Source: Methanocaldococcus sp. 16A (GTDB lineage Archaea > AGJL01 > Methanococci > Methanococcales > Methanocaldococcaceae). From it: a DNA stretch of 64,000 bases. Where the stretch lies: NCBI GenBank assembly GCA_049860595.1, contig CP187551.1; one strand, written 5' to 3'. Position 1 is the first letter of the stretch; the number at the start of each line of letters is the position of its first letter. The notes beneath the pieces are model-generated. The model worked only from the letters and a program-made list of their open reading frames with translations, did not search any database and was not told the origin of the DNA. Below, one piece after another: positions 30,573 to 41,378 of this stretch. The translations under genes and the position numbers were made by a program.

Positions 30573-30989
30573 ATGGCAGATAAAATGGCACTCGTTGTCT
30601 CGGAAGGGACATTTGATAAGGCAATGATGGCTTTTATTCTTGGAACTATTGGGGCTACAATGGGGATGGAAGTTCATATATTCTTTACATTTTTTGGTTT
30701 AGAGATTTTAAAGAAAAATGCAAAACCAAAACTTCCAGGGATTTATAGATTGTTTGGAAGTTTAGGAGTAAAGATGATGGAAAAGAAAATGAAAAAAGAA
30801 AATATTGGAAGCTTTGAAGAGATGAGACAGCAAGCTATTGATTTGGGAGTTAAATTATATGCATGTAGCACTTCCATGAGCGTTATGGGAATAAAAAAGG
30901 AAGATTTAATTGATGGAGTTGAGGTTGTTGGTGCTACAAAATTTTTAGATATTGCAATGGATGCAAAGATTCAACTATTTATAGGGTGA
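30573..30989 (+). CDS. DsrE2 (DrsE_2) family sulfur transfer protein
   Basis: FFTFFGL, YACSTSM..MG, VVGA..FL. Confidence 0.85.
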   Translation: MADKMALVVSEGTFDKAMMAFILGTIGATMGMEVHIFFTFFGLEILKKNAKPKLPGIYRLFGSLGVKMMEKKMKKENIGSFEEMRQQAIDLGVKLYACSTSMSVMGIKKEDLIDGVEVVGATKFLDIAMDAKIQLFIG

Positions 30990-30993
30990 TTAA

Positions 30994-31284
30994 ATGGTTT
31001 TATTCATTCTTTTAAAATCTCCATTTGAATGCAATGCTATTGAACTTATGGAGAGATTGAGAGATGGAAATAATGATGGCGTTTTGCTCGCAGAAGATGC
31101 CATATATTATGCAACAGTATCAAAAGTTAAAGATGAGTTGTTAAAAAAAGGTTATAAGATATATGCGATGCAAGATGACGCTCTTGCAAGAGGATTTGAT
31201 AATATTGAAGATGTTGAGTTAATTGATTACGAAACTGCTGTTGATTTGATTATGGAGAAGTATTCAAAAGTAATATCACTTTAA
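30994..31284 (+). CDS. DsrH/TusB-like protein
   Basis: KSPF, LL.EDA.Y, D..ARG, IDY...VDL. Confidence 0.8.
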   Translation: MVLFILLKSPFECNAIELMERLRDGNNDGVLLAEDAIYYATVSKVKDELLKKGYKIYAMQDDALARGFDNIEDVELIDYETAVDLIMEKYSKVISL

Positions 31285-31293
31285 GGTGACATT

Positions 31294-31650
31294 ATGAAGA
31301 CATTAACCATTATTTTGAAATCTGGCTCTATGATGAACATGGACCCAAATTTTGCTTTAAAATTGGCTGAGGCTGCTTTAAAAAAAGGTTATAATGTAAA
31401 TTTATTCTGCTATGGGGAGGGAGTTACAGTTATTAAAAAAGGTCAAAATCCAAAAAGATTCCCAAATATAGAAAAGATTTGCAGGAATCTTATGGAAAAA
31501 GGATTGAAAGTTGCCGCATGTAGCACTTGCGCAAATGCGAGAGGGATATATGAGGAAGATGCCATTGAAGGTTGTAAAATAGGGAGTTTAACTAACGATT
31601 TATCCCAATTTATAGCGGATAGTGATAGAGTTATTACCTTAACAAGGTGA
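31294..31650 (+). CDS. DsrE/TusD-like protein
   Basis: LF.YGEGV, CSTCANARG, DRV. Confidence 0.82.
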   Translation: MKTLTIILKSGSMMNMDPNFALKLAEAALKKGYNVNLFCYGEGVTVIKKGQNPKRFPNIEKICRNLMEKGLKVAACSTCANARGIYEEDAIEGCKIGSLTNDLSQFIADSDRVITLTR

Positions 31651-32012
31651 AAATTATGGTTAAGTCATTAATTACTTTAATTTTAAAACCACCCTATGGA
31701 AGTGAAGATTCATTTGCAGGATTGATGTTTGCACTATCTCAAATTGCTAGTGGAATTATTGAGAAATCAGACGTCGTTTTAATGCATGATGGGGTTTATA
31801 ATGCCAAAGCTAACCAAAAACCAGAGACAATAGGGATGCCATCAATTATTGATGTTATAAACAATTTGCAGGCATTTGGTTGCAAAATTTATTGCGTTGA
31901 GGAAGATTTAAAGGAGAGAGAAATTAATGATGTTATAGATGGCATTGAAATCATAAAATCCAAAAAATTAAAAGACATATTAGATGAGTATGATGAAGTA
32001 ATTACATTTTAA
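31647..32012 (+). CDS. DsrF/TusC-like protein
   Basis: PPYGSE, DGVY, EDL.ER. Confidence 0.8.
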   Translation: MKIMVKSLITLILKPPYGSEDSFAGLMFALSQIASGIIEKSDVVLMHDGVYNAKANQKPETIGMPSIIDVINNLQAFGCKIYCVEEDLKEREINDVIDGIEIIKSKKLKDILDEYDEVITF

Positions 32013-32078
32013 TATTCTTTCATATTAATTATATCACTATTTGGTTTAATTGGTTTAATTTTAGTTTATGGTGGAAAT

Positions 32079-32420
32079 ATGGAGGTAAAAGAATTAATGG
32101 AAAAAATAATATCCAATAAAATAAAACTCTCACTACTGTGCAGATTTAAATCAATAGAGCAATATAAAAATGAATTATATGAAGATATTGCAGTTAGCCA
32201 AATGAAAGATGCTGAGATACTTTATGAAAAATACCTTATGTATATTGGAGAAAAACCAAATATAAAAGTTGAATTAAGTGGGGACATAAAAGAGATTTTA
32301 AAAGAAACTATTGAATTAGAGAAAAAACTTATAAAAGAGAGTGGTATGACCTTTGGAATTAGACAGACTACAATTCACTGCCTTACAAGTGATGAAAGAT
32401 TCTATTTCTATCTAAAATAA
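32079..32420 (+). CDS. Hypothetical helical protein
   Basis: 113-aa ORF with RBS; no motif recognised. Confidence 0.6.
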   Translation: MEVKELMEKIISNKIKLSLLCRFKSIEQYKNELYEDIAVSQMKDAEILYEKYLMYIGEKPNIKVELSGDIKEILKETIELEKKLIKESGMTFGIRQTTIHCLTSDERFYFYLK

Positions 32421-32481
32421 AATAAAACCAAAAGTTATTTTTTATTTTTATTTTTTAGATTAAAAACTTTAAGGTGAGATA

Positions 32482-33240
32482 ATGATGATTGATGCCCACA
32501 CACATTTAGATGTTAGGAGTTTTGAGGATTTAGAGAAAATGGCATTATGTGGGATTGAAACAATTATAACCTGTGCCCATGATCCATACAAAATGAGCTC
32601 TCCTGATGTCTATTTAGACCATTGGGATAGATTGATTAATTTAGAAGTAAAAAGAGGAAAAATGGCTGGTGTTAATGTTAAAGTAGCAGTTGGAGTTCAT
32701 CCTATGGGATATCCAAAGAATTGGATGCCTTTAATAAAAAAACTTCCTGAATTTTTAGAGAATGAGAATGTCGTTGCTATTGGAGAAACCGGATTACATT
32801 ATTTAACAGAGGATGAGAAAAACCTTTTAAGAGAGCAGTTGATTTTGGCAAAAGATTACAACATGCCTATAATTATTCACACACCAGAGAAAAATAAGAA
32901 AGAAGCATTAATTGAAATTTTAAAGATTTTAGATGAAGTTAAAATAAAGGATGATTTGGTTATGATTGACCACATAAACAAAGAGACAGTAGATTTAATA
33001 GATAGGGATGTTTATGTTGGTTTAACCGTCCAACCATCAATGAAAATAAGCCATGAAGAAGCGGCAGAGATAATAAAGAATTATGACAAAAAATTTATTT
33101 TAAGCAGTGATTTAGGAAGTTTAAAGGCAGATATCTATGCTTTGCCAAGAACTAAGCTATATATGAAAAAAATTGGTGTTGAAGAAGAGAAGATAATTGA
33201 CTCAACTTACAAGAATGCAAAGGAATTTTACAGGTTATAA
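32482..33240 (+). CDS. TatD-related metal-dependent hydrolase
   Basis: IDAHTH, GVHP, AIGETG, IHTP, IDH, SSD. Confidence 0.88.
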   Translation: MMIDAHTHLDVRSFEDLEKMALCGIETIITCAHDPYKMSSPDVYLDHWDRLINLEVKRGKMAGVNVKVAVGVHPMGYPKNWMPLIKKLPEFLENENVVAIGETGLHYLTEDEKNLLREQLILAKDYNMPIIIHTPEKNKKEALIEILKILDEVKIKDDLVMIDHINKETVDLIDRDVYVGLTVQPSMKISHEEAAEIIKNYDKKFILSSDLGSLKADIYALPRTKLYMKKIGVEEEKIIDSTYKNAKEFYRL

Positions 33241-33315
33241 ACAAAATTCTTATTCCATTCATAAATTTGGATATTTTTTAAATATATTAGAACAACAAAA
33301 ATTTTAAGTAAGAAA

Positions 33316-33465
33316 GTGTTAGGGTTTTTTGAGAAGTATCTTTCAATATGTGTAGCGTTGTGTATTGTTCCTTGGATTTTATTGGCTAATTATCTAGTCA
33401 GAGTTCTTGTGGAGGTTCCGTTGATGTTGACACTTTTTTGGATTGCAAATAAGATAAAGTGGTAA
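33316..33465 (+). pseudogene. acr3: Internally deleted Acr3 arsenite efflux remnant
   Basis: Manual translation VLGFFEKYLSICVALCIV...VLVEVPLMLTLFWIANK joins Acr3 N- and C-terminal motifs; directly upstream of arsC. Confidence 0.75.
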
Positions 33466-33477
33466 TTAAGGGAAAAT

Positions 33478-33867
33478 ATGAAGGTTTTATTTGTTTGTAT
33501 TCACAATAAAAGAAGGAGTGTAATGGCAGAGGCGTTTGGGAAGAAATTTGGTTTAAATGCCTTCAGTGCGGGAGTTGAGAGAACTGATGGTATTGATGAG
33601 AAAGTTGTTGAGGTTTTAAAAGAAAAAAATTTAAAGGCAAAAGAAAAGCCCCAAACAATAGATGAAGTTGTTAAAAATGTTGGAGAGTTCGATGTAGTTG
33701 TTACCATGGGATGTTTAAACTCTTGCCCTTATATTCCAGCAAAAAAACATATAAGTTGGAATATTGAAGACCCTACAGGGAAGGATATTGAAGTTTATAG
33801 AAAAATTAGGGATGAGATTGAAGAGAAAGTTAAACAACTTGCAAATTCCATCAAAAAAGATATTTAG
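33478..33867 (+). CDS. arsC: LMW-PTPase family arsenate reductase
   Basis: C-X5-R loop CIHNKRRS, SAG, TMGC...CP, W.IEDP. Confidence 0.85.
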   Translation: MKVLFVCIHNKRRSVMAEAFGKKFGLNAFSAGVERTDGIDEKVVEVLKEKNLKAKEKPQTIDEVVKNVGEFDVVVTMGCLNSCPYIPAKKHISWNIEDPTGKDIEVYRKIRDEIEEKVKQLANSIKKDI

Positions 33868-33910
33868 TCCATTAAAATTTATTTAAATTTAAATTATTGC
33901 AGGTGATAGT

Positions 33911-34648
33911 ATGAAAGCTATATTTATTTACCACAAAGGTAACGAAAGAATGGAAAAATTCTATAAAAATTTATTAAATGAGCCAGATTTTTGTAGAATT
34001 TGTGATGATTGCTACAACTGCAGAGGGACTTGGAGCTTCAAAGATAATGTAAAAAATATTGTCATTGATGAAGTTTATGAAGAATTTATAGACAACCCTT
34101 ACGATTATCTTCCAGAGCTTCCAGAAGGAGATGTTTGTATAGCTCAATTGCATGAAGATTTATTGTATGAGCTTCCTTTATTGCTAAAAGAAAAAAATTA
34201 CAAAGCTTTAATTGTTCCTTCTGAAACTCCACATGATTTGTCTCCAGCATTAAGGAGAGATTTAAGTAGAGTCTGTAAAGAGTACAATATAGAATTCGAA
34301 AACCCGAAACCATTCTGTTCATTAGAGAAAAAAGAAAATAATGAGTTTATAAACAAATTTATTGACTATTTCAAAATAGGAAAACCTGAATTGAAGATAG
34401 AAGTTGAAGATAATGTTGTTAAAGATGCTAAGGTTAAAATCTCTGCCCCATGTGGAGAGACATATTACATAGCTAAAAGATTGAAAGGAAAAACTATAAA
34501 CGATTTGAAAGAAGAAATTGCAAATGCTCATCATAATTATCCATGTTTGGCAAGTATGGAAATGGATAAAGAGTTAGGAGATACTATTTTACATAAAGCG
34601 GGATATATTGCAATTGAGAGCGTTGAAAAAGCTATAAAAAATAAATAA
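33911..34648 (+). CDS. DUF166 family protein (archaeal thymidylate-synthase-annotated family)
   Basis: PKPFCSL, SAPCG.T, HHNYPC.ASM, ILH.AG. Confidence 0.75.
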   Translation: MKAIFIYHKGNERMEKFYKNLLNEPDFCRICDDCYNCRGTWSFKDNVKNIVIDEVYEEFIDNPYDYLPELPEGDVCIAQLHEDLLYELPLLLKEKNYKALIVPSETPHDLSPALRRDLSRVCKEYNIEFENPKPFCSLEKKENNEFINKFIDYFKIGKPELKIEVEDNVVKDAKVKISAPCGETYYIAKRLKGKTINDLKEEIANAHHNYPCLASMEMDKELGDTILHKAGYIAIESVEKAIKNK

Positions 34649-34770
34649 ATTTTTATTTTTTATGGCTGTGTATTAATTTTTCACAACTTAGTAAATTTTA
34701 TATATTTGTTTTATTATTATATATGTAGTGAAAAAAATACATATACTACAACCACACTTCAGGTGAAAGA

Positions 34771-35184
34771 ATGAAGAAAGTATTATTAGCAATATTGGGA
34801 ATTGCATTAATGGGAGTAGTTTTTGCCTTTCCACCATGGATGAATATGCAAACTACTGAAAATATAGATATAAATCCAACAGATATTTTAAAAACTGCAA
34901 ATATAGTTAATTATACAACACCATTTGGCTACAACATCTCCCTCATAGAAATAAATGGGCAGATAGTTGGAGTTTTATGGAAAGATGTTGATTTGAGCAA
35001 ATTAGAGATTGGAGAACCATTCAATACACCATTTGGTGAGAAGTATCCTTTATACTACGATGGAGAGTTAGTTGGATTTGTATTTACCAACCATCCAAGT
35101 TACTATCATGGGTATGGAATGATGAGAGGATACGGATACCCTAACTGCCCTTGTGGATGTTATTGTGGATGTTATGGACAATAA
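34771..35184 (+). CDS. Secreted protein with TPFG repeats and Gly/Met/Cys-rich tail
   Basis: Signal peptide MKKVLLAIL...VFA; YGMMRGYG..CPCGCYCGC. Confidence 0.7.
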   Translation: MKKVLLAILGIALMGVVFAFPPWMNMQTTENIDINPTDILKTANIVNYTTPFGYNISLIEINGQIVGVLWKDVDLSKLEIGEPFNTPFGEKYPLYYDGELVGFVFTNHPSYYHGYGMMRGYGYPNCPCGCYCGCYGQ

Positions 35185-35392
35185 TAAAAGTGATATGAAA
35201 ATATAACGTGTAAATCAGATATCTTTCATTTCTCTTTTCATTTCATTCTTAATTTTATTGAAACTCTATGAAAAACAGTTATCTATCCTTTTGGAGTTAA
35301 AATTTTCTATTACATAACAATGAATGAATATCAGTATAAATCAAAGTTAAATTTAAATAATATTTAAACAATATATTTTTTAGGGTGATAAC

Positions 35393-36409
35393 ATGTGGAA
35401 AAAATTGATATTACTATTACTAATGGCAATTCCAATGGTTTCTGCAACAGATGTGATTTTAGTAAGTGATAATTGTGCAGACCAATGCACAGCTTTAGAA
35501 GTAGCAAATGCGTTAAATGCAACGGTAATAACAACCGAGTGGGGGATTTACAACGAAAGCTTAGTTAATGAAATATTAGCTTTAAACCCTAATAAAGTAA
35601 TAATTATTGGAGGTCCTTTGGCTGTAGCTGAAAATTATACAACTGCATTAGAAAATGCAGGAATAACTGTTGAGAGAATTGGTGGACAAACAAGGTATGA
35701 AACTAATGCAAATGTTACATTAAGATTCCAAAATCAATTCAGATATGCTTATGGAAATAATACAACTGCATATGTATGCCACGGATTTGATGATATTGCA
35801 TTAAATGAAACAATGGAAAGAATAAGAAATGGAACATGTTTAGTTTTATTAACTAATGGAGTAAATTTAACTGTTGAACCTGAAAGATTACAATTAAGAA
35901 TAAACAAAATAGAAGTTGTTGAAAATCCATTCTGCCCATTCTGCAACCATTCAGCATTGGTACTGAAATTACAAAGAAAAGGTCTAAATGTTGAAATTAA
36001 TAAGATTCCAGAAGATAGAGTTAAATTAATGTTACAAAATAGAATAAAAATAATGGAAAGAAGAATCCTTATGTTAAAAAGAATGGGAATCAATGTTAGC
36101 GACTTAGAAGAAAAGTTGAAAGAAGTTGAAGAATTAATGAACCAAAATAGATACCAAGATGCATACAGAATAATGATTCAATTGAATGGAGAACAGATGG
36201 CTATGGTTAAATTGCACTTACATCCAATGGGTCATGGATTGGGTATAAGCAATACAATGGGAGGAAACGCTCCTCATGTCTATCATCAAAATGGTAATAC
36301 CTCACAAATAGGTATTGGAAATGCAAATGCCCCTCATATCTATCATCAGAATAATGATACAGAAATGGGAAATGTAAATGCGCCTCATTTATATAACAAA
36401 AACCAATAA
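35393..36409 (+). CDS. Secreted cell-wall-binding-repeat-2-like protein with His-rich C-terminal repeats
   Basis: Signal peptide; IIIGGP.AV, ERIGG.TRYETN; three NAPH.Y repeats. Confidence 0.8.
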   Translation: MWKKLILLLLMAIPMVSATDVILVSDNCADQCTALEVANALNATVITTEWGIYNESLVNEILALNPNKVIIIGGPLAVAENYTTALENAGITVERIGGQTRYETNANVTLRFQNQFRYAYGNNTTAYVCHGFDDIALNETMERIRNGTCLVLLTNGVNLTVEPERLQLRINKIEVVENPFCPFCNHSALVLKLQRKGLNVEINKIPEDRVKLMLQNRIKIMERRILMLKRMGINVSDLEEKLKEVEELMNQNRYQDAYRIMIQLNGEQMAMVKLHLHPMGHGLGISNTMGGNAPHVYHQNGNTSQIGIGNANAPHIYHQNNDTEMGNVNAPHLYNKNQ

Positions 36410-36497
36410 ATTAACATATTTTATTTTTTTATTATTTTTTTATGGATGCGGTTGTTAATACAACTGTCCCAACCTTTAAAATAATTAAGGTGAAATC

Positions 36498-37235
36498 ATG
36501 AAAAACATGATAAAATTAACTTTCATATCATTAATAGCTTCAATAGTTCTTTTAACAGGATGTGTAACTCAAAATACAGAAAATACCAACATGCAAAATA
36601 ACCAAATTGATTATCAAAGCCAAATTGATATGGGAAAAGGAAAAATAGTAGGAAATAATGGAAATATAAATGTCAGTTTAATCTGTAAAGACATTGATGC
36701 TCTACCAAAACAGCCAATAAGTGAAGAAGAAAAAGAAGGTTTAATTGAAATGAGGGAAGAAGAAAAATTGGCTAGGGATGTTTATTTAACCTTATACCAC
36801 AAGTGGGGGTTGCAAATATTCAAAAATATTGCTGAAAGTGAGCAAACTCATATGGATTCAGTTAAATATCTCTTAGATAAATACAATATTCCGGATCCTG
36901 TTAAAAGTGATGAGGTTGGAAAATTCTCAAATCCAAAATTTGAAGAACTTTATAATAAGTTAGTTGAGCAGGGTAGCAAATCTGTTGTTGATGCGTTAAA
37001 AGTTGGAGCAACTATTGAGGACTTGGATATTGCTGATTTAGAACATTGGATAAGTAAAACAGATAATGAAGATATAAAATTTGTTTATGAAAACTTAATG
37101 AAAGGTTCAAGAAACCACATGAGGGCTTTTGTTAGTATGTTAGAAAGATATGGAGCAAATTACACCCCACAGTATATAAGTAAGGAAGAATTTGAGCAAA
37201 TAATAAGTAGTTCAATGGAGAGAGGAAATAGGTGA
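36498..37235 (+). CDS. DUF2202 ferritin-like lipoprotein
   Basis: Lipobox LTGC; [33 protein letters not shown]. Confidence 0.85.
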   Translation: MKNMIKLTFISLIASIVLLTGCVTQNTENTNMQNNQIDYQSQIDMGKGKIVGNNGNINVSLICKDIDALPKQPISEEEKEGLIEMREEEKLARDVYLTLYHKWGLQIFKNIAESEQTHMDSVKYLLDKYNIPDPVKSDEVGKFSNPKFEELYNKLVEQGSKSVVDALKVGATIEDLDIADLEHWISKTDNEDIKFVYENLMKGSRNHMRAFVSMLERYGANYTPQYISKEEFEQIISSSMERGNR

Positions 37236-37870
37236 AGAATATGAAGAAGTTATTTACTATTTTTTTACTTTTTACTCTTTTTACTTTTTTAAGTTTATCT
37301 TTTGCATGGGATGACTGTCCTTTTGGAAGAGTGAATTGTACATATCCAGGAGAATGTGGAAGATATATTGATACAAATAATAATGGAATTTGCAACCATA
37401 GTGAGCCAGCTCCTACATCCTTAGAAAATCCAAATATAGAAAATAATAACATAAATAACACAAATGTAGAATTAACAGAGGAATTAATTGATGAATATGT
37501 CAATATATCCGGAAAAGAATTAAAATTATACACCATAAAAGAAATTTGCGATAAATATGGCATAAATCCAAACTGTTTAAAAGAAAAGTTAAAAATTAAT
37601 GTTCCTGAAGATACAACATTTGATGAGATAAAAAAGACTTATGGAATTTCACCAAGTGATGTTAAAAAAGCAATTGTTGAGTGTATGATTGAAGAAGGTA
37701 AAATTAAATTAAATATAACTCAAAATAAAAATATATCAAATTTAAACAACAACTTAGATAATAAAAATAGTTCTATTATAGATAAAATAATATCCTTTCT
37801 ATTCTCAACAATAAACCTAAGAGACCTATTATTTGGGTGTGGTTATAAATGGATAAAATACAGACATTAA
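37232..37870 (+). CDS. Secreted Cys-motif protein
   Basis: Signal peptide; [22 protein letters not shown]. Confidence 0.7.
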   Translation: MKNMKKLFTIFLLFTLFTFLSLSFAWDDCPFGRVNCTYPGECGRYIDTNNNGICNHSEPAPTSLENPNIENNNINNTNVELTEELIDEYVNISGKELKLYTIKEICDKYGINPNCLKEKLKINVPEDTTFDEIKKTYGISPSDVKKAIVECMIEEGKIKLNITQNKNISNLNNNLDNKNSSIIDKIISFLFSTINLRDLLFGCGYKWIKYRH

Positions 37871-38565
37871 GAAAAATCTCCCAAATATTCTTTTTTGTTT
37901 ATTTTGTTTTTTTAGTGAGTTTTTGTTTATGCTTCTTTGGAGTAATTGAAAAATTTGTTTTAAAAGGAAGTATAGGAGAGTTAATTTTTAAGTTAATTGT
38001 TATTATTGCCTTAACTTCAATATTTGGGAGAGTATTTTGTGGCTGGATGTGTCCATTGGGTTTTTTATTTGAATTATCTTACAAGTTGAGAGTAAAGTTG
38101 TTTAAAACAAAAAAACTACCTACAGTTAATGAAAACATCCACAAAAAATTAATTTATCTAAAATATGTGGTATTAATTGTTTCCTTAATTTTAACATACT
38201 ATCTTTCAACTTACGCATTTTGTAAAGTATGTCCAATTGGATTTTTAACAAATCTCTATGGAACAGTTATATCTTTTATAATATTAATTATCTTTATAAT
38301 TGCCTCTTTCTTTATTCCAATGGCATTTTGTAGATACTTTTGCCCATTAGGTGCATTTTTATCAATATTTTCTATAAAGCCAATATTTCAACTAAAAACA
38401 AATAATAACTGTGTTAAATGTAAGCTCTGTGAGTTTAAATGTCCAATGCAAATAAAAATAACAAAAAAAATTAACCAAATGGAGTGTATAAGATGCTTTG
38501 AATGTAAAAGTGGATGTAAAAAAGGAGGTTTATCATTTTCGCACATCTTCAAAAAGAATGATTAA
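37849..38565 (+). CDS. NapH/MauN-like membrane 4Fe-4S protein
   Basis: [19 protein letters not shown], two ferredoxin motifs, TM helices. Confidence 0.88.
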   Translation: MDKIQTLRKISQIFFFVYFVFLVSFCLCFFGVIEKFVLKGSIGELIFKLIVIIALTSIFGRVFCGWMCPLGFLFELSYKLRVKLFKTKKLPTVNENIHKKLIYLKYVVLIVSLILTYYLSTYAFCKVCPIGFLTNLYGTVISFIILIIFIIASFFIPMAFCRYFCPLGAFLSIFSIKPIFQLKTNNNCVKCKLCEFKCPMQIKITKKINQMECIRCFECKSGCKKGGLSFSHIFKKND

Positions 38566-38718
38566 TAAAAATCTTTTTATTTTTTATGAATAATTATGCA
38601 CTATTTTTATTTATGAAGATTAATTATTATTCTCTCTATTTTAAAATATTTGACTAAAAATATTTTTATATTTTGGATTTCAAAATTTATTAATAATACA
38701 GAATTTTCAGGTGGTATT

Positions 38719-39396
38719 ATGTTCAAAATCCAAATATTTAGAAAAATCTCCCAAACATTCTTTTTTATTAGAGCTTTAATAGTTACAGGTTTTTATTTGA
38801 GTATAATAAGCTTTGTTGGAGGATTTATTTTAGGAAAAGGAGCATATACAAACTTAAGGATTGTTGCAGTAATATTAGCAATCATTGCTGGAAGAATATT
38901 TTGTGGATGGATGTGTCCATTTGGATTTCTGTTTGATTTAGTTTATCAAACAAGAGTAAAAATCTTTAAATTAAAAAAATTACCAACTATGCCAGAACAT
39001 ATACACCACACATTGAAATATTTTAAGTATTTTGTGTTAGTTTTAGTGATTGTATTAGCCTATGTGTTTGGAACTGATATATTTTTTAATTCATATGCAT
39101 TAGCTTATTTATTATTGGCTTTATTTTTAGTTTTAGGATTTATTTATCCAAGATTTTTCTGTAAATATGTCTGTCCTGTTGGAGCTTTATTAAGTATATT
39201 TGCAAAATTTTCAATATTCAGACTAAAACTTAATAAAAATAAATGTACAGGTTGTAGATTATGTGAATTTAAATGCCCGATGCAAATAAAAATTGCAAAT
39301 GTAGATAAGATAGACCAGATGGAGTGTATAAGATGTTTTGAATGCATGAGTGCATGTAGAAAAAAATCACTAACTTTCTCACCTTTCTTTAAATAA
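38719..39396 (+). CDS. NapH/MauN-like membrane 4Fe-4S protein (tandem paralog)
   Basis: [37 protein letters not shown]. Confidence 0.88.
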   Translation: MFKIQIFRKISQTFFFIRALIVTGFYLSIISFVGGFILGKGAYTNLRIVAVILAIIAGRIFCGWMCPFGFLFDLVYQTRVKIFKLKKLPTMPEHIHHTLKYFKYFVLVLVIVLAYVFGTDIFFNSYALAYLLLALFLVLGFIYPRFFCKYVCPVGALLSIFAKFSIFRLKLNKNKCTGCRLCEFKCPMQIKIANVDKIDQMECIRCFECMSACRKKSLTFSPFFK

Positions 39397-39438
39397 AATA
39401 ACTCATTTAAAAAAGTTAAATATTAAATTATACAATAT

Positions 39439-39771
39439 TTAAAAGACCACTAAATTCCCTAATGCTAATATAATTAGCATCCCCATTAATGCTAAATGAG
39501 CTGAATAGATTCCAGTATTTTGGAATTGGGTTTTTAATATATTACATATTGTATTACATAATGTTAAAGGAGTTATTATTTGGAAAGCTATTGCTAAATA
39601 TCCAACTATATTGCTATCTACGAATAATGAAGCTAAAGTTAATATAAAGGCTATTATTAAAGACGCGAAATGTGGCATTAATCTCATTCCTGTTAATCTA
39701 AATGTAGCAAATCCAGAAAGCATTGCACCAAATATTATTGATAAGGAAACCAATGTTACTACATCATTCAT
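39439..39771 (-). CDS. Small methanogen membrane protein
   Basis: Hydrophobic helices, SGFATFR..GMRL.PHF; ATG after GGTGA. Confidence 0.7.
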   Translation of the reverse strand: MNDVVTLVSLSIIFGAMLSGFATFRLTGMRLMPHFASLIIAFILTLASLFVDSNIVGYLAIAFQIITPLTLCNTICNILKTQFQNTGIYSAHLALMGMLIILALGNLVVF

Positions 39772-39931
39772 TTTAATCACCTTCAATATTTTTAAAAATT
39801 TTTTATAAGCTATTTTCTTTAGCATTGCACAGTTCTTATCCTAATACTTCAAACAGAGGATGAAAGATAGATAAATAGATAGAAATGACTTTTCTAACCC
39901 TCCCCCACTACAACTATACATTTTTTTATAC

Positions 39932-40753
39932 TTACAACCATACAGGTCTAACATTTGGCTTTGATAGATAGTTTAAGAATGTTGGAGCTCCTGCAATCTC
40001 AAATCCATCTTCTAAGTTATTTTCATTAATTCCTCTAAACTGTGCACTTAACTCACAAACATATACTTTTACTCCTCTTTTTAGAATGTCTCTAACTAAA
40101 TCTCCAAGTTTTGGAAATGCAGGATGTTTAACTTTGTCACATTCTCCTTTTAAACCTAAGCTTGCTCCATCCATCATTAAGAATATTGTTGGCTTTAAGT
40201 TCATTTTTAAAGCAACATCTGCCATCATAAATGTTGCATAAGCCTTTTCAGCGTTTCCTGTTCCTGTTGTATTAATGATGAAGAGCTCATCAATTTTTGT
40301 TATTGCTGCTGCTTTTTCTTCTTTCTTTTCTCCTTTCTTAACCAATATTCTGTAAGTTCCATCTCCTTTATCTTCAACTTTTATTATTTCATTACCCATT
40401 CCTTTTAATCCTTCTGTTAAATCAGTTAAGGCATTTTTTCCACAGATAATCTCTAAAACTTCCCCATTCTTCATTTTTGATAACATGTCAGAGACCATCA
40501 TTATAGGTCCTGGACATGTAGCTCCTACAACGTTAATAGTTTTATCTGCTTTAATTTCCCCAACATAGATTTTAACTACATTTCCATCAACTTCATACTT
40601 TAAGTTGTATTTTTTCATTAAATTTTCAATATCTTTTATTTGCTCTTCCCCATCGGTTTCAACAACTAAAATTCCATCTTTTGTATCACTTAAAATCATG
40701 TCTATTAATAAAGAAGGACTTCTTAACCCTTTAACTTTAAACTTTCTTATCAT
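39932..40753 (-). CDS. TusA-TusA-DsrE fusion sulfurtransferase-like protein
   Basis: Degenerate TusA (GLRSPS), TusA (GATCPGP), DsrE (FLMMDGA, VCELSA..RG). Confidence 0.8.
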   Translation of the reverse strand: MIRKFKVKGLRSPSLLIDMILSDTKDGILVVETDGEEQIKDIENLMKKYNLKYEVDGNVVKIYVGEIKADKTINVVGATCPGPIMMVSDMLSKMKNGEVLEIICGKNALTDLTEGLKGMGNEIIKVEDKGDGTYRILVKKGEKKEEKAAAITKIDELFIINTTGTGNAEKAYATFMMADVALKMNLKPTIFLMMDGASLGLKGECDKVKHPAFPKLGDLVRDILKRGVKVYVCELSAQFRGINENNLEDGFEIAGAPTFLNYLSKPNVRPVWL

Positions 40754-41005
40754 TTACACCACCCCTAATAATCATAAGACAATTTTATGGAAGGTAAGAT
40801 ATTCATAGTTGTGTATTACCTACGAACAAACATTATGTACTACCACATATATAAACTTTTCGATTTTACAGTATATAAACTTTTGTTATTTTCACATAGA
40901 TTTTTGACATAATTTTTATGATAAATTTATCAATATTTAATAACATAGTTTTATATACAAACAAGATATATAGTTAATACACAATCACACACAACCAGTG
41001 ATATA

Positions 41006-41368
41006 ATGAAAAAGTACATACTATCTATATTAACATTCATTTCCATTGGAATTTTATTTTGTGGATGTATAAATATTAATGAAAACGTAAAAAATAAAAA
41101 ATTTGATTTTAATGGAACATGTATCGTCGAATTTACTGCTGAGTGGTGTGGCTATTGTAAAAAATTAGAACCAACAATTGAAGAATTAGAAAAAGAAGGA
41201 TATAAAGTGATTAAAATAGATATTGATAAGAATAAGGATATTGCTGAAAAATATGGAATTAGGGCTGTGCCAACAATATTTTATGTAAAAGATGGAAAAA
41301 TAATTGATGTAACAGTTGGATATAATCCAGAAGAGATAAGAGAAAAAGCAAAACAGTTAAAGGTATAA
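41006..41368 (+). CDS. Exported/lipoprotein thioredoxin
   Basis: Signal with FCGC; WCGYC; cis-Pro VPT. Confidence 0.88.
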   Translation: MKKYILSILTFISIGILFCGCININENVKNKKFDFNGTCIVEFTAEWCGYCKKLEPTIEELEKEGYKVIKIDIDKNKDIAEKYGIRAVPTIFYVKDGKIIDVTVGYNPEEIREKAKQLKV

Positions 41369-41378
41369 ATGTGGGAAT

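Noticed and set aside
39826-39931. Slightly GC-richer intergenic with GATA repeats as a possible ncRNA
   Set aside because: No convincing stem structure or C/D boxes could be identified
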